A stretch of 64,000 bases of DNA from Dehalococcoidia bacterium (GCA_003552125.1 PUON01000081.1:4417-68416), one strand, 5' to 3'; shown: positions 18,467-31,170, numbered from the stretch's first letter. Notes: generated by a model from the sequence alone, not told the origin. Numbers and translations are program-made.

Positions 18467-19252
18467 TTACTGGTCAACAACTCGGTGTAGGCGTTCGACC
18501 GCCGTTGCTGCTCCCGTCTCGATGTCTACGGTAACCAGAACAGCGTTGAATTCAACAGGCCCCTTGCCAACGGAGAGACGCCCAGGTATCTGAGTGAGGA
18601 AGCGTTGAATCACGGAATTCGGATCATCGCCGATGACTGAATCGAGTGGTCCGGTCATTCCGATATCCGATACATACCCTGTGCCGTGACGAAGCAGTCT
18701 CAAATCGATAGTTCCCACATGAGTATGGGTGCCGAGAACCGCAGCAACTCTACCGTCGAGATACCGCCCGAGTGCCACCTTCTCAGACGTAGCTTCAGCG
18801 TGAAAATCGATCACGACGGCACGTGTCCCCTCAGGCGGATCTGCCAGAAGTGTGTCCATACAACGAAACGGGCAGTCATAACTGGCCATGAACGTACGCC
18901 CGATGAGATTGACCACGAGCAGCCCTTGGCACAGGTACCACCCACGCCCCGGGGCGGCTGGGGGGTAGTTCAGCGGACGGATGATTGGCCGGTCGCCCTC
19001 GAGCAATTCAATTATCTCGCGGTGATGCCACACGTGGTTGCCGCTGGTCACCACATCGACACCCGCATCATACAATTCTCCAAGCGTCGTGATGGTGATA
19101 CCGAGACCGCCGGCAATATTCTCGCCATTAGCGACGATAAGGTCTATCGAATAGTCACGACGCAACTCGGGCAGCACGGTGGCGAGCGCTCGTCTGCCCG
19201 GCTTGCCGATCACATCGCCGATGCCAAGAATCCTCACAGACGCTTCGCCCAA
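18467..19252 (-). CDS. ymdB: YmdB-family metallophosphoesterase (2',3'-cyclic-nucleotide phosphodiesterase)
   Basis: IDFHAEATSEKVALGRYLDGRVAAVLGTHTHVGT matches the YmdB family (TIGR00282-like). Starts 3 nt after the rny stop, giving the same rny-ymdB order as in Bacillus. Confidence 0.85.
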   Translation of the reverse strand: MGEASVRILGIGDVIGKPGRRALATVLPELRRDYSIDLIVANGENIAGGLGITITTLGELYDAGVDVVTSGNHVWHHREIIELLEGDRPIIRPLNYPPAAPGRGWYLCQGLLVVNLIGRTFMASYDCPFRCMDTLLADPPEGTRAVVIDFHAEATSEKVALGRYLDGRVAAVLGTHTHVGTIDLRLLRHGTGYVSDIGMTGPLDSVIGDDPNSVIQRFLTQIPGRLSVGKGPVEFNAVLVTVDIETGAATAVERLHRVVDQ

Positions 19253-19255
19253 TCT

Positions 19256-20779
19256 CTACTTGGCATAGTCGACCGCCGTCGTTTGTCGAGCTACAACCAC
19301 GCGGATCTGCCCGGGATAGGTAAGACACTCTTCAATGCGTTTGGAGATTTCCCGTGCAAGTCTGACCGCACCGAGGTCATCGGTCTCTTCGGGTTTCACA
19401 AGCACGCGAACCTCGCGGCCGGCCTGTATTGCGTATGCCTTTTCCACACCACCAAATCCGGTGGCGATCTCTTCCAATTCTCTTACCCGTTTGAGATACT
19501 GCTCAAGCGACTCACGGCGCGCCCCAGGACGCGAACCACTGATTGCATCAGAAGCGGCAACTATGAATCCCAAGGTGCTTGTAGTCAGGACCTCGCCGTG
19601 GTGTTCGGTAACCGCTTGAGCGATTTCTTCCGACTTCTCCCACTGACGAATCAAGTTGCCACCAATGATTGCATGAGACCCCTCAACCTCGAAATCCACT
19701 GCCTTTCCAATATCGTGGAGTAATCCGGCTCGACGCGCAGTGGATGCCTCAGCACCGATCTCGTCGGCGATCATGCCAGCAAGATGAGCCACCTCAAGGC
19801 TGTGCTGAAGCACATTCTGACCGTAGCTGGTGCGATACTTCAGTTGCCCGATCAACTTCACAAGCTCAGGGTGCAATCCGGGCACCGAAGCCTCGAAGCA
19901 CGCGTTCTCACCCTCGATCTTAATGGTGGCCTCAACTTCCGTTTTGGCCTTCTCTACGACTTCCTCAATTCGCGCAGGATGAATACGCCCATCGAGGATG
20001 AGTTTGCTTAGCGCCACCCTCGCGATCTCACGACGAACAGGCGCAAAGCTGGAGATCGTCACCATCTCCGGTGTATCATCAATGATGAGATCAACACCGG
20101 TGGCCTGTTCCAGCGCTCGTATATTGCGCCCTTCCCTGCCGATAAGGCGACCCTTCATCTCATCGGAAGGCAGGGGCACCGTGGAGACAGTGGTCTCTGA
20201 GACGACGTCAGCCGTACAACGCTGAATGGCAGTGGCGAGGATGAACTGCGCAGAGCGATCAGCATCCTCTTTTACCTGAGCTTCCCAGATACGAACCTGG
20301 CGTGCGGCCTCTTCCTTGACTTCGTCCTCAAGGGCAGACAGAAGCAGGCGTCGGGCCTCATCAGTCGTCACCCCGGAGATCTGTTCAAGTCTCTGTATCT
20401 CCTGTCGTCTCAGATCATCGATCTCGTCGCGAGAGACCTGCAGTTCCTTCGTGCGATCGTCGAGTTCCTTCTCCCGACGGCCCATAGCAGCCTGTTTACG
20501 CTCGATTGCCGCCTCTTTCTGATCGAGACGGTTTTCAAGTCTCTGCAGCTGGAGTCGATGTTCTTTGTTCTCAGCCTCAGCGGCGTTACGAACCTTTCGT
20601 GCTTCTTCACGCGCATCGCGAAGGAGCTCGCGATGTCGTGTAGTAGCCTCAGTAAGAAGGCGCTCAGCCTCCTTTCGTGTGCCGAGAATCTGCTGATTCG
20701 CAACGAGTTGCCGTAAGTAATAACCTACGAGCCCGCCCAGCAACAGGGAGAGCCCGACCAATATATATATGTAGTCCAT
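19256..20779 (-). CDS. rny: ribonuclease Y
   Basis: N-terminal TM helix ([21 protein letters not shown]), coiled coil, KH domain ([25 protein letters not shown]) and HD domain ([13 protein letters not shown]...LLHDIGKA). Confidence 0.92.
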   Translation of the reverse strand: MDYIYILVGLSLLLGGLVGYYLRQLVANQQILGTRKEAERLLTEATTRHRELLRDAREEARKVRNAAEAENKEHRLQLQRLENRLDQKEAAIERKQAAMGRREKELDDRTKELQVSRDEIDDLRRQEIQRLEQISGVTTDEARRLLLSALEDEVKEEAARQVRIWEAQVKEDADRSAQFILATAIQRCTADVVSETTVSTVPLPSDEMKGRLIGREGRNIRALEQATGVDLIIDDTPEMVTISSFAPVRREIARVALSKLILDGRIHPARIEEVVEKAKTEVEATIKIEGENACFEASVPGLHPELVKLIGQLKYRTSYGQNVLQHSLEVAHLAGMIADEIGAEASTARRAGLLHDIGKAVDFEVEGSHAIIGGNLIRQWEKSEEIAQAVTEHHGEVLTTSTLGFIVAASDAISGSRPGARRESLEQYLKRVRELEEIATGFGGVEKAYAIQAGREVRVLVKPEETDDLGAVRLAREISKRIEECLTYPGQIRVVVARQTTAVDYAK

Positions 20780-20918
20780 TTTCCCTTCTCATCGGAATAT
20801 CCATACGGGACGACCCCATGTTGACAGAATATTACGACCTTTGCGTACGGACAGTCAACCGATGAGCGTACTTGGACGAAGGGGCAGGCTGAAAAGGTGC
20901 GAAGCAAGGCAAAAGAAA

Positions 20919-20960
20919 ACACCTTAGCAGCTGAATAGTGGAAGGAAGGAAGTGGTTCTT
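20919..20960 (-). other. 3' half of the 16S precursor processing stem (complementary to 22545..22580)
   Basis: The reverse complement of caccttagcagctgaatagtggaaggaaggaagtggttctt matches aagaaccttccttccactattcagctgttaaggtg just upstream of the 16S 5' end. About 35 nt pair with a few mismatches. Confidence 0.7.
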
Positions 20961-21033
20961 ATTGGTGATCAACGGCAGATATCAACCTGCCGACCGACCT
21001 AAGGAATCCGGAGATGTATCTCCGATACTCCCT

Positions 21034-22544
<1,511 letters not shown>

Positions 22545-22548
<4 letters not shown>

Positions 22549-22580
22549 AACCTTCCTTCCACTATTCAGCTGTTAAGGTG
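22545..22580 (-). other. 5' half of the 16S precursor processing stem
   Basis: Complementary to 20919..20960. This is the typical RNase III substrate helix bracketing mature 16S. Confidence 0.7.
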
Positions 22581-22592
22581 CAACGGACAGTA

Positions 22593-22622
22593 ATATTACA
22601 ACCTCTCAGTGAGGTGTGTCAA
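22593..22622 (-). promoter_or_regulatory. putative 16S rRNA promoter
   Basis: On the minus strand, TTGACA-18 nt-TAATAT about 20 nt upstream of the processing stem. Confidence 0.5.
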
Positions 22623-22819
22623 ACCCTCTTCTGACCCTCTACACGTTCATCCCGCCTAGGCGAGGTCACAAGGTGGTGATAGAATAGCACAACCTGCGGA
22701 GTTTCCAATGAATCACGAGTCCGACATTCGACAGATCAAGGTATTCAATCAAGTGGGAGAGCCGCAACCCGCTACAGGGTCATGAGTCGCAGTCGTCCTG
22801 TGGCATCTACAGAGCCGAT

Positions 22820-23599
22820 ATGCTGTTTACCATTGATGTAGGCAACACAAGCATTAACATGGGTCTCTTCGAGGGCGAAGAACTCGTCCATTCCTGGCGA
22901 CTCATGTCCGGCATTGACCGCTCCGCAGATGAGTACGGATCCCTCATTTTCAGCCTGTTGCAACGGCATGGCGTGCCCATTTCCTCAATACGTGGAGCAG
23001 TTCTTTGCAGCGTCGTTCCTCCACTGGTCCCGGTGTTCAGCGAAGTCTGTACACGCTACATCGACACCGACCCGCTGATAGTGGAGCCAGGAATTAAAAC
23101 CGGCCTCAGGCTGCTAGTGGACAACCCGCGCGAACTGGGACCCGACCGGGTCGCCAACGTCGTCGCTGGAACGGCGCTGTACGGCAAACCGCTTGTAGTC
23201 ATCGACTTCGGCACCGCAACCACATTCGACGTTGTCTCTGCAGGTGGTGATTTTCTCGGCGGCGCGATAGCCCCGGGCATCAATATAGCCAGTGAGGCCC
23301 TTTTCCGTAGAACCGCCATGCTGCCGCGAATCGAGCTGCAGCGTCCAAGGCACGCAATCGGAAGAGGAACCGTCACTGCAATGCAGTCAGGAATACTCTT
23401 CGGCTACATAGGCCTCATCGAGAAGATCATCCACGAGATAACTGTGGAACTCGAGACCGAACCATATGTCGTCGCCACAGGCGGCTATGCGAATATGTTC
23501 GCGGAGGTCGTCCCGGCTATACAGGTAGCGAATCCCAACCTGTCACTATTAGGTTTGCGCCTCATCTACCATATGAATACCATAGAGCGGGGAACATGA
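22820..23599 (+). CDS. coaX: type III pantothenate kinase
   Basis: MLFTIDVGNTSINMGLF...VIDFGTATTFD...GGYANMF shows the Bvg-accessory-factor/CoaX fold motifs. Confidence 0.9.
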   Translation: MLFTIDVGNTSINMGLFEGEELVHSWRLMSGIDRSADEYGSLIFSLLQRHGVPISSIRGAVLCSVVPPLVPVFSEVCTRYIDTDPLIVEPGIKTGLRLLVDNPRELGPDRVANVVAGTALYGKPLVVIDFGTATTFDVVSAGGDFLGGAIAPGINIASEALFRRTAMLPRIELQRPRHAIGRGTVTAMQSGILFGYIGLIEKIIHEITVELETEPYVVATGGYANMFAEVVPAIQVANPNLSLLGLRLIYHMNTIERGT

Positions 23600-24783
23600 T
23601 GGGTACATCGAAGAGCATTCTTCTCGGAGTAACCGGTAGTATTGCCGCCTACAAGGCGGCTGAACTTGCGCGTGATTTCGCGCGACGCGGCGTGACAGTA
23701 CGAGTGATGATGACGCCTGCAGCCACGAAGTTCGTCACACCGCTCACATTTGAGGCGCTTATTGGTTCTTCGGTAGTCACCGATCTCTTCGATGACAAGC
23801 CGGCTGGACCGATCCCGCACGTAACGCTCGCTGCTGAGGCAGACGCCATTCTCATTGCGCCGGCCAGCGCCGACTGCATTGCCCGAATCGTTCACGGCTT
23901 TGCAGATGATGTCGTCTGCTGCACCACCATGGCATTTAAGGGGCCACTTATAGTGGCTCCCGCCATGCACGAGAATATGTATATGAGCGCTGCTACCCAG
24001 GACAACATTGACGTTCTTCGCAGCCGCGGTGCCACTATAGTAGGCCCGGAGTCCGGGGACCTGGCATCGGGAGGACGAGGTGCGGGACGGATGTCCTCGA
24101 TTGACACGATCATAGGTTTGACTCTGAAGGTACTCGGCCAGTATGGTGATCTTGCAGGCCGCAAGGTCATCGTGACCGCAGGGGGAACTCAAGAACCCAT
24201 CGACCCCGTGAGGTGCGTTACCAACCGCTCCTCGGGGAGGATGGGCTACGCGATTGCGGAGGCAGCCCGTGATCGCGGAGCGTCGGTGATGTTGATCAGT
24301 GCACCGACTTCGCTCGCCCCTCCGGTAGGAGTCGAAGTGGTCAACGTCACCACTGCGCAGGAGATGTTCGAGGCGACCGAGACAGCCGTAGACAAGGCCG
24401 ACGCGCTCATCATGGCCGCCGCAGTGGCGGACTACAGGCCAGCCGCACCTGCGGCTCAGAAGATCAAGAAGGAACAGTCCACTCTCGCCGTCCCTCTGGA
24501 GCGCACCGTGGATATCCTAGGTTCGCTGACAGGCGCCAGGGTTCGCGTGGGATTCGCAGCAGAGAGCAGCGACCTGGAACGCCACGCGCAGGCTAAGTTG
24601 TCGGCCAAGGGATTGGACCTCATTGTGGCGAATGACATCACAGCCACCGATGCAGGTTTCGGTTCTGAGGCAAACCGTGTGACTATCATCGACCGCAATG
24701 GCGGTATCGATGCACTGCCTTTGCAGTCCAAACGCGATGTTGCGGACTGCGTGCTGGACCGGGTGGTGCGGCTGCTCAGTTGA
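23596..24783 (+). CDS. coaBC: bifunctional phosphopantothenoylcysteine decarboxylase / phosphopantothenate-cysteine ligase
   Basis: N-terminal flavoprotein LGVTGSIAAYKAAEL plus C-terminal CoaB domain. A 4-nt ATGA overlap with coaX suggests translational coupling. Confidence 0.9.
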   Translation: MMGTSKSILLGVTGSIAAYKAAELARDFARRGVTVRVMMTPAATKFVTPLTFEALIGSSVVTDLFDDKPAGPIPHVTLAAEADAILIAPASADCIARIVHGFADDVVCCTTMAFKGPLIVAPAMHENMYMSAATQDNIDVLRSRGATIVGPESGDLASGGRGAGRMSSIDTIIGLTLKVLGQYGDLAGRKVIVTAGGTQEPIDPVRCVTNRSSGRMGYAIAEAARDRGASVMLISAPTSLAPPVGVEVVNVTTAQEMFEATETAVDKADALIMAAAVADYRPAAPAAQKIKKEQSTLAVPLERTVDILGSLTGARVRVGFAAESSDLERHAQAKLSAKGLDLIVANDITATDAGFGSEANRVTIIDRNGGIDALPLQSKRDVADCVLDRVVRLLS

Positions 24784-24866
24784 GGGCAGTCCACAACCAT
24801 CTCGGCAGACTGCTCTCAATAAACGGCACTGGTGTGTCGCCCGACTGGAAAGCGAGGTACACAGCA

Positions 24867-27548
24867 TTGAAACATGACGCTCTTACGAAGGCCTATGAGC
24901 CCGGACATATCGAACGGAAGTGGTACACCTTCTGGCTTGGACGCGGCTACTTCACGCCAAAGATAGAACCGGAGCGAAAGCCATTCGTAATTGTGATGCC
25001 CCCTCCTAACGTAACGGGAGAACTGCACGTCGGACATGCGCTCACAATGACTATCGAAGACGTGCTCATCCGCTGGCGCCGGATGATGGGTGATCCCACT
25101 CTGTGGGTTCCGGGAACCGATCACTCTGGAATCGCGGTACAGGTGCTCGTTGAGAAGGACCTCGCCGCCGAGGGGCTCACCCGCGACCAGGTCGGCCGTG
25201 AGGAGTTCCTGCGTCGAGCGTGGGAGCGGGCGGTTCGCAGCAGAAAGGCAATCGAGCAACAGCAGCATCTCATTGGCGCCTCGTGTGACTGGACGAGAGA
25301 CACGTTCACCCTGGACGACGGGCCAAGCCGGGCAGTGCGAACAGCGTTTGTTAACCTCTATCGAAAGGGCCTGATTTATCGCGGCGACCGGATGGTCAAC
25401 TGGTGTCCCAGATGCCAAACCGCACTCTCGGACCTTGAGGTTGAGCATAAGGAGATAGCAGGGTCCCTCTGGCACTTCCGTTACCCGCTCGCAGACGGCA
25501 GCGGATACGTTACCATAGCCACCACACGACCCGAGACCTGCTATGGCGACACAGCGGTTGCGGTCAACGCATCGGACTCGAGATACGACACACTTATAGG
25601 TCGCTGCGTGATTCTGCCGCTTAACGGTCGCCAGATTCCGCTAATCGCCGACGAAGCTGTCGATCCCGAATTCGGAACCGGCGCACTCAAAATAACACCC
25701 TGCCATGATCCCACCGATCTGGAAGTGGGAGACCGCCACGGCTTACCACGCATAGACGTCTTTAATCCCGATGGCTCTATGAACCTTAACGCAGGCCAAT
25801 GCGAGGGGATGACCCGCGAGCAGTGTCGCGAGTACGTTGTGCGCACTTTCGAGAGCCAGGGATTACTTGAACATACGGCGCCATACGGCCACTCGGTCGG
25901 CTATTGCGGGCGCTGCGGCACCGATATCGAACCACGGATCAGCACGCAGTGGTTTGTGCACACTCAGCCACTGGCCGATGAAGCCATGCGCGTTGTTCGC
26001 GAGGGAGAAATCCGTATCGTCCCTGAGCACTTCGCCCGGGTCTATTTCACGTGGATGGAATCCATCAAGGACTGGTGCATAAGCCGTCAGTTGTGGTGGG
26101 GACACCGCATCCCCGTCTGGTACTGCCGGGACTGCAACGAAATCACAGTGAGCGTTGACACACCCGTGGCCTGCGAACACTGCGCAAGCGGCCAAGTGGA
26201 ACAGGACCCTGATGTTCTGGATACGTGGTTCAGTTCCGCCCTATGGACTCACTCAACACTTGGCTGGCCGGATGACACGGAGGACATGCGTTACTTCTAC
26301 CCCACGAGCGTTATGCAGACTGGCTATGACATTCTCTTCTTCTGGGTAGCACGCATGATCATGATGGGTATAGAGGATACGGGCAGGATTCCCTTTCACA
26401 CCGTGTATCTCAACGGACTCATCCGCGATGAACACGGCCAGAAGATGAGCAAGATGCGAGGCAATGTCATAAGGCCAGATGACGCAATCGGCCAGTACGG
26501 CGTTGACGCCTTGCGCTTCGCACTCACGACGGGCAACTCTCCGGGGAACGATCTGTCACTTGGCCCGGGCAAGCTCGAGGCTGCCCGCAACTTCGTCAAC
26601 AAGCTGTGGAACGCAACGCGATTTGTCGTCCACAGCACCGACGAATGGAGAGAAGCAGGTGACAGGACTGCAGGAATCCCTGCACCTACCCACCTTGAAG
26701 ACCGGTGGATTCTCAGCAGGTCACAGCGTCTTGCCCGCTCCGTTTGGGAACTGATGGAGGAGTACCAGATCGGTGAAGCCGCCAGGCAGATGCACGACTT
26801 CGTGTGGACCGAGTACTGTGACTGGTACATCGAGTTCGCGAAACTCCGCCTGAGGACTTCCACACCGGGCGCCCCAGGAAGCGAGTGCACCACTCCCGCT
26901 CCCTATCTTACCAGTGTCCTGGACAGCTCCCTGCGCCTCCTTCATCCCTTCATGCCTTTTGTGACCGAGGAACTGTGGCAGCATCTCAAATTGCCGTATG
27001 CACCCACAACACCGGATTCGATCATGGTGGCTGAGTACCCGACTCACGACCCTGCGCTCTTGGATCCCAGTGCCGAGCGGGCTATCGAGACAGTAATCGA
27101 TATTGTGCGCGCATTGCGAAACTTGCGTGCGGAGAGAAAGACCGATGCTGCTACGTGGCTCGAAGCTCACCTCTACTCGGCCAGTGTCCTGACCGAACTG
27201 CAACAGATGCTTCCGTCGATCGAGGCACTGTCGCGGACACGAATTCTAGGCCTCAACCACAGGGACGAGCGGCCAGAGCCCAGCAGCGGAGACGTCGCCC
27301 TCATCCTGGCCGATGCCGATATCGTGGTAGCCGCAGGATCGGCGGAAGAGGCCAGCCGGATAAGAGAGCAGTTGCAGAAAGAAATGGAGGCCACCAGATC
27401 ACGACTCGATCCGGTGCGGAAGCGTTTGGCCGACCCTGCCTTCGTGTCCAGGGCACCCGCGGATGTGGTCCAACGACAAAAAGAGCTCGCTGCCGGATTG
27501 CGGGATAAACTGAGTCGGCTCGAGCAGGAACTGAGCGATCTCGAATAA
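24867..27548 (+). CDS. valS: valine--tRNA ligase
   Basis: HIGH (PPPNVTGELHVGHAL) and KMSKS (KMSKMRGN) motifs, CP1 editing domain and C-terminal coiled coil. Start is set at TTG 24867 (GAGG 9 nt upstream) by N-terminal alignment; the track ORF begins at 24780. Confidence 0.88.
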   Translation: MKHDALTKAYEPGHIERKWYTFWLGRGYFTPKIEPERKPFVIVMPPPNVTGELHVGHALTMTIEDVLIRWRRMMGDPTLWVPGTDHSGIAVQVLVEKDLAAEGLTRDQVGREEFLRRAWERAVRSRKAIEQQQHLIGASCDWTRDTFTLDDGPSRAVRTAFVNLYRKGLIYRGDRMVNWCPRCQTALSDLEVEHKEIAGSLWHFRYPLADGSGYVTIATTRPETCYGDTAVAVNASDSRYDTLIGRCVILPLNGRQIPLIADEAVDPEFGTGALKITPCHDPTDLEVGDRHGLPRIDVFNPDGSMNLNAGQCEGMTREQCREYVVRTFESQGLLEHTAPYGHSVGYCGRCGTDIEPRISTQWFVHTQPLADEAMRVVREGEIRIVPEHFARVYFTWMESIKDWCISRQLWWGHRIPVWYCRDCNEITVSVDTPVACEHCASGQVEQDPDVLDTWFSSALWTHSTLGWPDDTEDMRYFYPTSVMQTGYDILFFWVARMIMMGIEDTGRIPFHTVYLNGLIRDEHGQKMSKMRGNVIRPDDAIGQYGVDALRFALTTGNSPGNDLSLGPGKLEAARNFVNKLWNATRFVVHSTDEWREAGDRTAGIPAPTHLEDRWILSRSQRLARSVWELMEEYQIGEAARQMHDFVWTEYCDWYIEFAKLRLRTSTPGAPGSECTTPAPYLTSVLDSSLRLLHPFMPFVTEELWQHLKLPYAPTTPDSIMVAEYPTHDPALLDPSAERAIETVIDIVRALRNLRAERKTDAATWLEAHLYSASVLTELQQMLPSIEALSRTRILGLNHRDERPEPSSGDVALILADADIVVAAGSAEEASRIREQLQKEMEATRSRLDPVRKRLADPAFVSRAPADVVQRQKELAAGLRDKLSRLEQELSDLE

Positions 27549-28220
27549 TCAGGAAGACAACCTGCTCCTGGCTTCAGTGTAGCGATGCAGCACCGTAAGC
27601 GCCCGCTTGGTGTCGCTGGCGACGCGCGACTTATCCGAATTCCGCAGCCGCATCTTGAACAGCCAGTACGTGAATTCCTTCATCTCGGTCAGATTAACCC
27701 GTCTGCGACGCGCTGAGCGTCGCTCGCGCCTGAACGTTTGTAACAACTCGTCCTGAGCGGCTCCATACACGTAACGAAACGCATCATTGACATCAGCATC
27801 GTAATGAGTCAGGCCGGAGGTCCTGCGTCGCTTGCGCAGTTCCTCGAGCACTGCGTGAACAACCATCTCCTCTACCATTACGCCATAAATGAAGTTGAGA
27901 TAGGCCCGATACATCTCCTGCCCTATCATCTCCCTAAGGTTCAAGCCGGACTGTGAGCCTGGAGGCCTGTCGTTGGCGATGAGCGCTATGATCTCGTCGT
28001 GAGGAACGAGGTCAGCGACAGCGAGATGCAGACGCTCGTACAGACGAAGCAGATCGAGCGCCTCGCCATCGATCAGGTACACAAATCGCTCACCATCTAC
28101 TTCCTCCTCCACGAGCGGCCATGCGCGTACCGTACGAAGGAGTGATTCGTACCACATCTCGCCCGCGGATATGCAATCCCGCAGCTCATCAAGTATCGCA
28201 GTCGGATCTACAGCAGACAT
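27549..28220 (-). CDS. hypothetical protein (223 aa), basic C-terminus
   Basis: Intact ORF abutting the valS stop with no spacer, opposite strand. No motif I recognise; the Arg-rich C-terminal third is RRERRSARRRRVNLTEMKEF. Confidence 0.5.
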   Translation of the reverse strand: MSAVDPTAILDELRDCISAGEMWYESLLRTVRAWPLVEEEVDGERFVYLIDGEALDLLRLYERLHLAVADLVPHDEIIALIANDRPPGSQSGLNLREMIGQEMYRAYLNFIYGVMVEEMVVHAVLEELRKRRRTSGLTHYDADVNDAFRYVYGAAQDELLQTFRRERRSARRRRVNLTEMKEFTYWLFKMRLRNSDKSRVASDTKRALTVLHRYTEARSRLSS

Positions 28221-28488
28221 CAGAGTTCAAAGTATAGTACGAACGCAGTCCGTGACGCGCGCCAGGTCCCATCCGCCCACAGGCCATGCGAGCGTGCGCG
28301 CAGTTCGGCAAGCCTCAGAGTGTTCACAAGATGGTACAGGTAACACAAGGCACACCGGACGGTAATGAAATCGCGGTGTGTCATGCGTCGCGGATACTGA
28401 ACTGCGTGGGCACTCCGCCAGATGGATCGCGGGAACTGCGGGAGTGTCTACACGCGCATTGCTGCAGGAACGGCACCCAAACCGTCGG

Positions 28489-31170
28489 TTATCCCCCGCA
28501 ACAGTGTTTGAACTTCCTGCCCGAGCCGCATGGGCACGGGTCATTCCGGCCCGTCTTCCTGCCACCAGCCACTGCAACAGGTCGCGCAGGTGGCCGCGCC
28601 ACCGGACGCGCCTGCGGCTGTTGTGCCGACGGTTGTCGCGTCTTCACCGACACTCGGAACATGGCAGCAGGCACGTCGTGTCGTATTCCGTCACGCAGGC
28701 CCTGGAACAGCGCATGACCCTCCTTCTTATAGACCACCAGTGGCTGCTGCTGTGCAACTGCGCGTAAACCTATGCCCTGTCTCATGTATTCCATCGCCAT
28801 GAGGTGTTCCATCCACAATCGATCAATGACGTGAAGCATGACGAAACGTTCGGCCATACGCATTGCCTCCGCACCGACTTCCGTTTCGCGCTGATTGTAT
28901 GCATCTACTCCGATGGTAGTTACGCGCTCCACCATCTCCTCCAACAGGTCTCCGGGAGGCAGTTCGGCAAATAATCGTGCGGCCTGCTCGTCTGAGACCG
29001 GAACGAAAGCTTTCAGGTCATCGAGCAACCCCTCGCGATCCATTTCCCCCATCTCAGTGTCGACGCGATTCATCACCAGAGAACGGAGCTCGTCACATAG
29101 CATCTGCAGAATGCTGTCTTTAAGGTTCTCCGTGGTGAGAACCTTGCGCCGTTCTGCGTAGATGATCTCACGGTGCTTGTTCAGGACATCATCGTATTCG
29201 ACAAGGTGCTTGCGAATATCGAAGTGATAGCCTTCGGTCTGAACCTGTGCGTTGAGCAGGACCTTGTTGACCATAGAGTGTTCAATAGGTGTCTCATCGT
29301 CCAATCCGGCCCAGTCCATGATTGACCTTACGCGCTCGCCTCCGAAACGCCGCATGATTTCATCATCTAGCGACACATAGAAGACCGTCGAGCCAGGATC
29401 TCCCTGCCGACCAGCACGGCCACGCAACTGATTGTCGATACGCCGGGCCTCGTGGTGCTCCGTGCCGACTACAGCGAGACCACCAAGACCGCCATCTTTC
29501 TCGGGAGTCGCAATCAAGTCGTGCTCTGTTTGCCAGTCGTCGGGATCCCTGTTCTCCTTAACCCCTCCAAGTATTATGTCGACCCCTCGACCGGCCATAT
29601 TAGTCGCTACAGTCACCGCATTTCGGCGCCCTGCCTCGGCGATGATCGCCGCCTCACGTTCATGGTTCTTCGCATTCAGAATCTCGGCACGAATGCCGTG
29701 GCGTACCAGGACATCATTCAACTCCTCGGATGCTTCTATGGACGCGGTGCCGATCAGTACGGGCCTACCCTTCCCATGATATTCCTTCACCTGACGCGCG
29801 ACCGCCTTGAATTTGGCCTGTTGGTCACGGAACACCCTGTCGGAGTGATCCTCTCGAATCATTGGCCGGTGCGTGGGAATCTCCACAACATCGAGCTTGT
29901 AAATCCGGTGGAACTCCTCGGCCTCAGTAACCGCAGTGCCGGTCATGCCTGCCAGCTTGGCGTACATGCGGAAGAAATTCTGAAACGTGACCGTGGCATG
30001 GGTAACGCTTTCGCGCTGCACCTGTACACGCTCCTTCGCTTCCAGTGCCTGGTGCAATCCCTCGGCATACCGTCTGCCCGGCATCAATCTTCCGGTGTGC
30101 TCATCAACGATGATGACCTGACCGTTCTTCACGACGTAGTCCTTGTCCCGCCTGAAGAGCGCATGAGCCCTTAGCGCACTCTGCAGGTAGAACGTCAGGG
30201 CATGATTCGACCGATCGAAGAGATTCGGACTCTTGAGCAGACCCTGGTTACGCAACGCCTGCTCCACACGCGGTATCCCGGAATCGTCTGTCAGATGTAC
30301 CGTTCGAGTACGCTCATCGATGCTATAGTCCCGATCACGAACCAGGGTTGCCACCACCCGATCGAGCAACACGTAATAGTTGGCGGCCTCCTCAGATGGA
30401 GCGCTGATGATGAGCGGTGTCCTCGCCTCGTCAATGAGAATGTTATCCACCTCATCCACGATGGCGTACCGCAATTCACGTTGTACGCACTGATCCAGAT
30501 TCGCGACCATGTTGTCGCGCAAGTAATCGAATCCGAACTCATTGTTGGTGCCATAAGTGATGTGGGCACGATACGCCTCCTGCCTCGATATAGGCCGGAG
30601 CTTTGACCATCGCCCGGAGGGATCCTCGTACCCGGGATCATATATGAATGATGGCTGCATATTTGTGTCGTCCTGCCTGCCGGTGATGCAGGCAACCGAC
30701 AAGCCGAGAAGGTGATACACAGGACCCATCCAAAGGCAGTCGCGCTTGGCAAGATAGTCGTTAACCGTTACCAGATGCGCACCACGTTCCTCCAGCGCAT
30801 TCAGGTAGAGGGGCAGGGTCGCCACCAGCGTCTTGCCCTCACCGGTCTTCATCTCGGCTATGCGTCCCTGGTGCAGCACGATGCCGCCCAGGATCTGTAC
30901 ATCGAAGTGACGTAATCCGATTGTGCGGCGTGAAGCCTCACGAACCGCCGCGAAAGCCTCCAGGAGGATGTCATCAAGTCGAAAGCCAGATGACAGTTGC
31001 GAGCGAAGGGAATCCGTGGTAGCTGCGAGTTCGGAGTCGCTCAATTCCGCAAACTGAGACTCGAGATCGTTGACACCGTGAACGATCGCCTCGAGCTTCC
31101 TCAGTTGCTTTTCGTTGGAATCGAAGAACCCACCGAAGACTCTTTCAATTACCGAGATGAGCTTTGCCAC
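28489..31170 (-). CDS. secA: preprotein translocase ATPase SecA
   Basis: MAKLISVIERVFG...DEAD-like motor, PPXD, and C-terminal zinc finger CPCGSGRKFKHCCG. Confidence 0.95.
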   Translation of the reverse strand: MAKLISVIERVFGGFFDSNEKQLRKLEAIVHGVNDLESQFAELSDSELAATTDSLRSQLSSGFRLDDILLEAFAAVREASRRTIGLRHFDVQILGGIVLHQGRIAEMKTGEGKTLVATLPLYLNALEERGAHLVTVNDYLAKRDCLWMGPVYHLLGLSVACITGRQDDTNMQPSFIYDPGYEDPSGRWSKLRPISRQEAYRAHITYGTNNEFGFDYLRDNMVANLDQCVQRELRYAIVDEVDNILIDEARTPLIISAPSEEAANYYVLLDRVVATLVRDRDYSIDERTRTVHLTDDSGIPRVEQALRNQGLLKSPNLFDRSNHALTFYLQSALRAHALFRRDKDYVVKNGQVIIVDEHTGRLMPGRRYAEGLHQALEAKERVQVQRESVTHATVTFQNFFRMYAKLAGMTGTAVTEAEEFHRIYKLDVVEIPTHRPMIREDHSDRVFRDQQAKFKAVARQVKEYHGKGRPVLIGTASIEASEELNDVLVRHGIRAEILNAKNHEREAAIIAEAGRRNAVTVATNMAGRGVDIILGGVKENRDPDDWQTEHDLIATPEKDGGLGGLAVVGTEHHEARRIDNQLRGRAGRQGDPGSTVFYVSLDDEIMRRFGGERVRSIMDWAGLDDETPIEHSMVNKVLLNAQVQTEGYHFDIRKHLVEYDDVLNKHREIIYAERRKVLTTENLKDSILQMLCDELRSLVMNRVDTEMGEMDREGLLDDLKAFVPVSDEQAARLFAELPPGDLLEEMVERVTTIGVDAYNQRETEVGAEAMRMAERFVMLHVIDRLWMEHLMAMEYMRQGIGLRAVAQQQPLVVYKKEGHALFQGLRDGIRHDVPAAMFRVSVKTRQPSAQQPQARPVARPPARPVAVAGGRKTGRNDPCPCGSGRKFKHCCGG

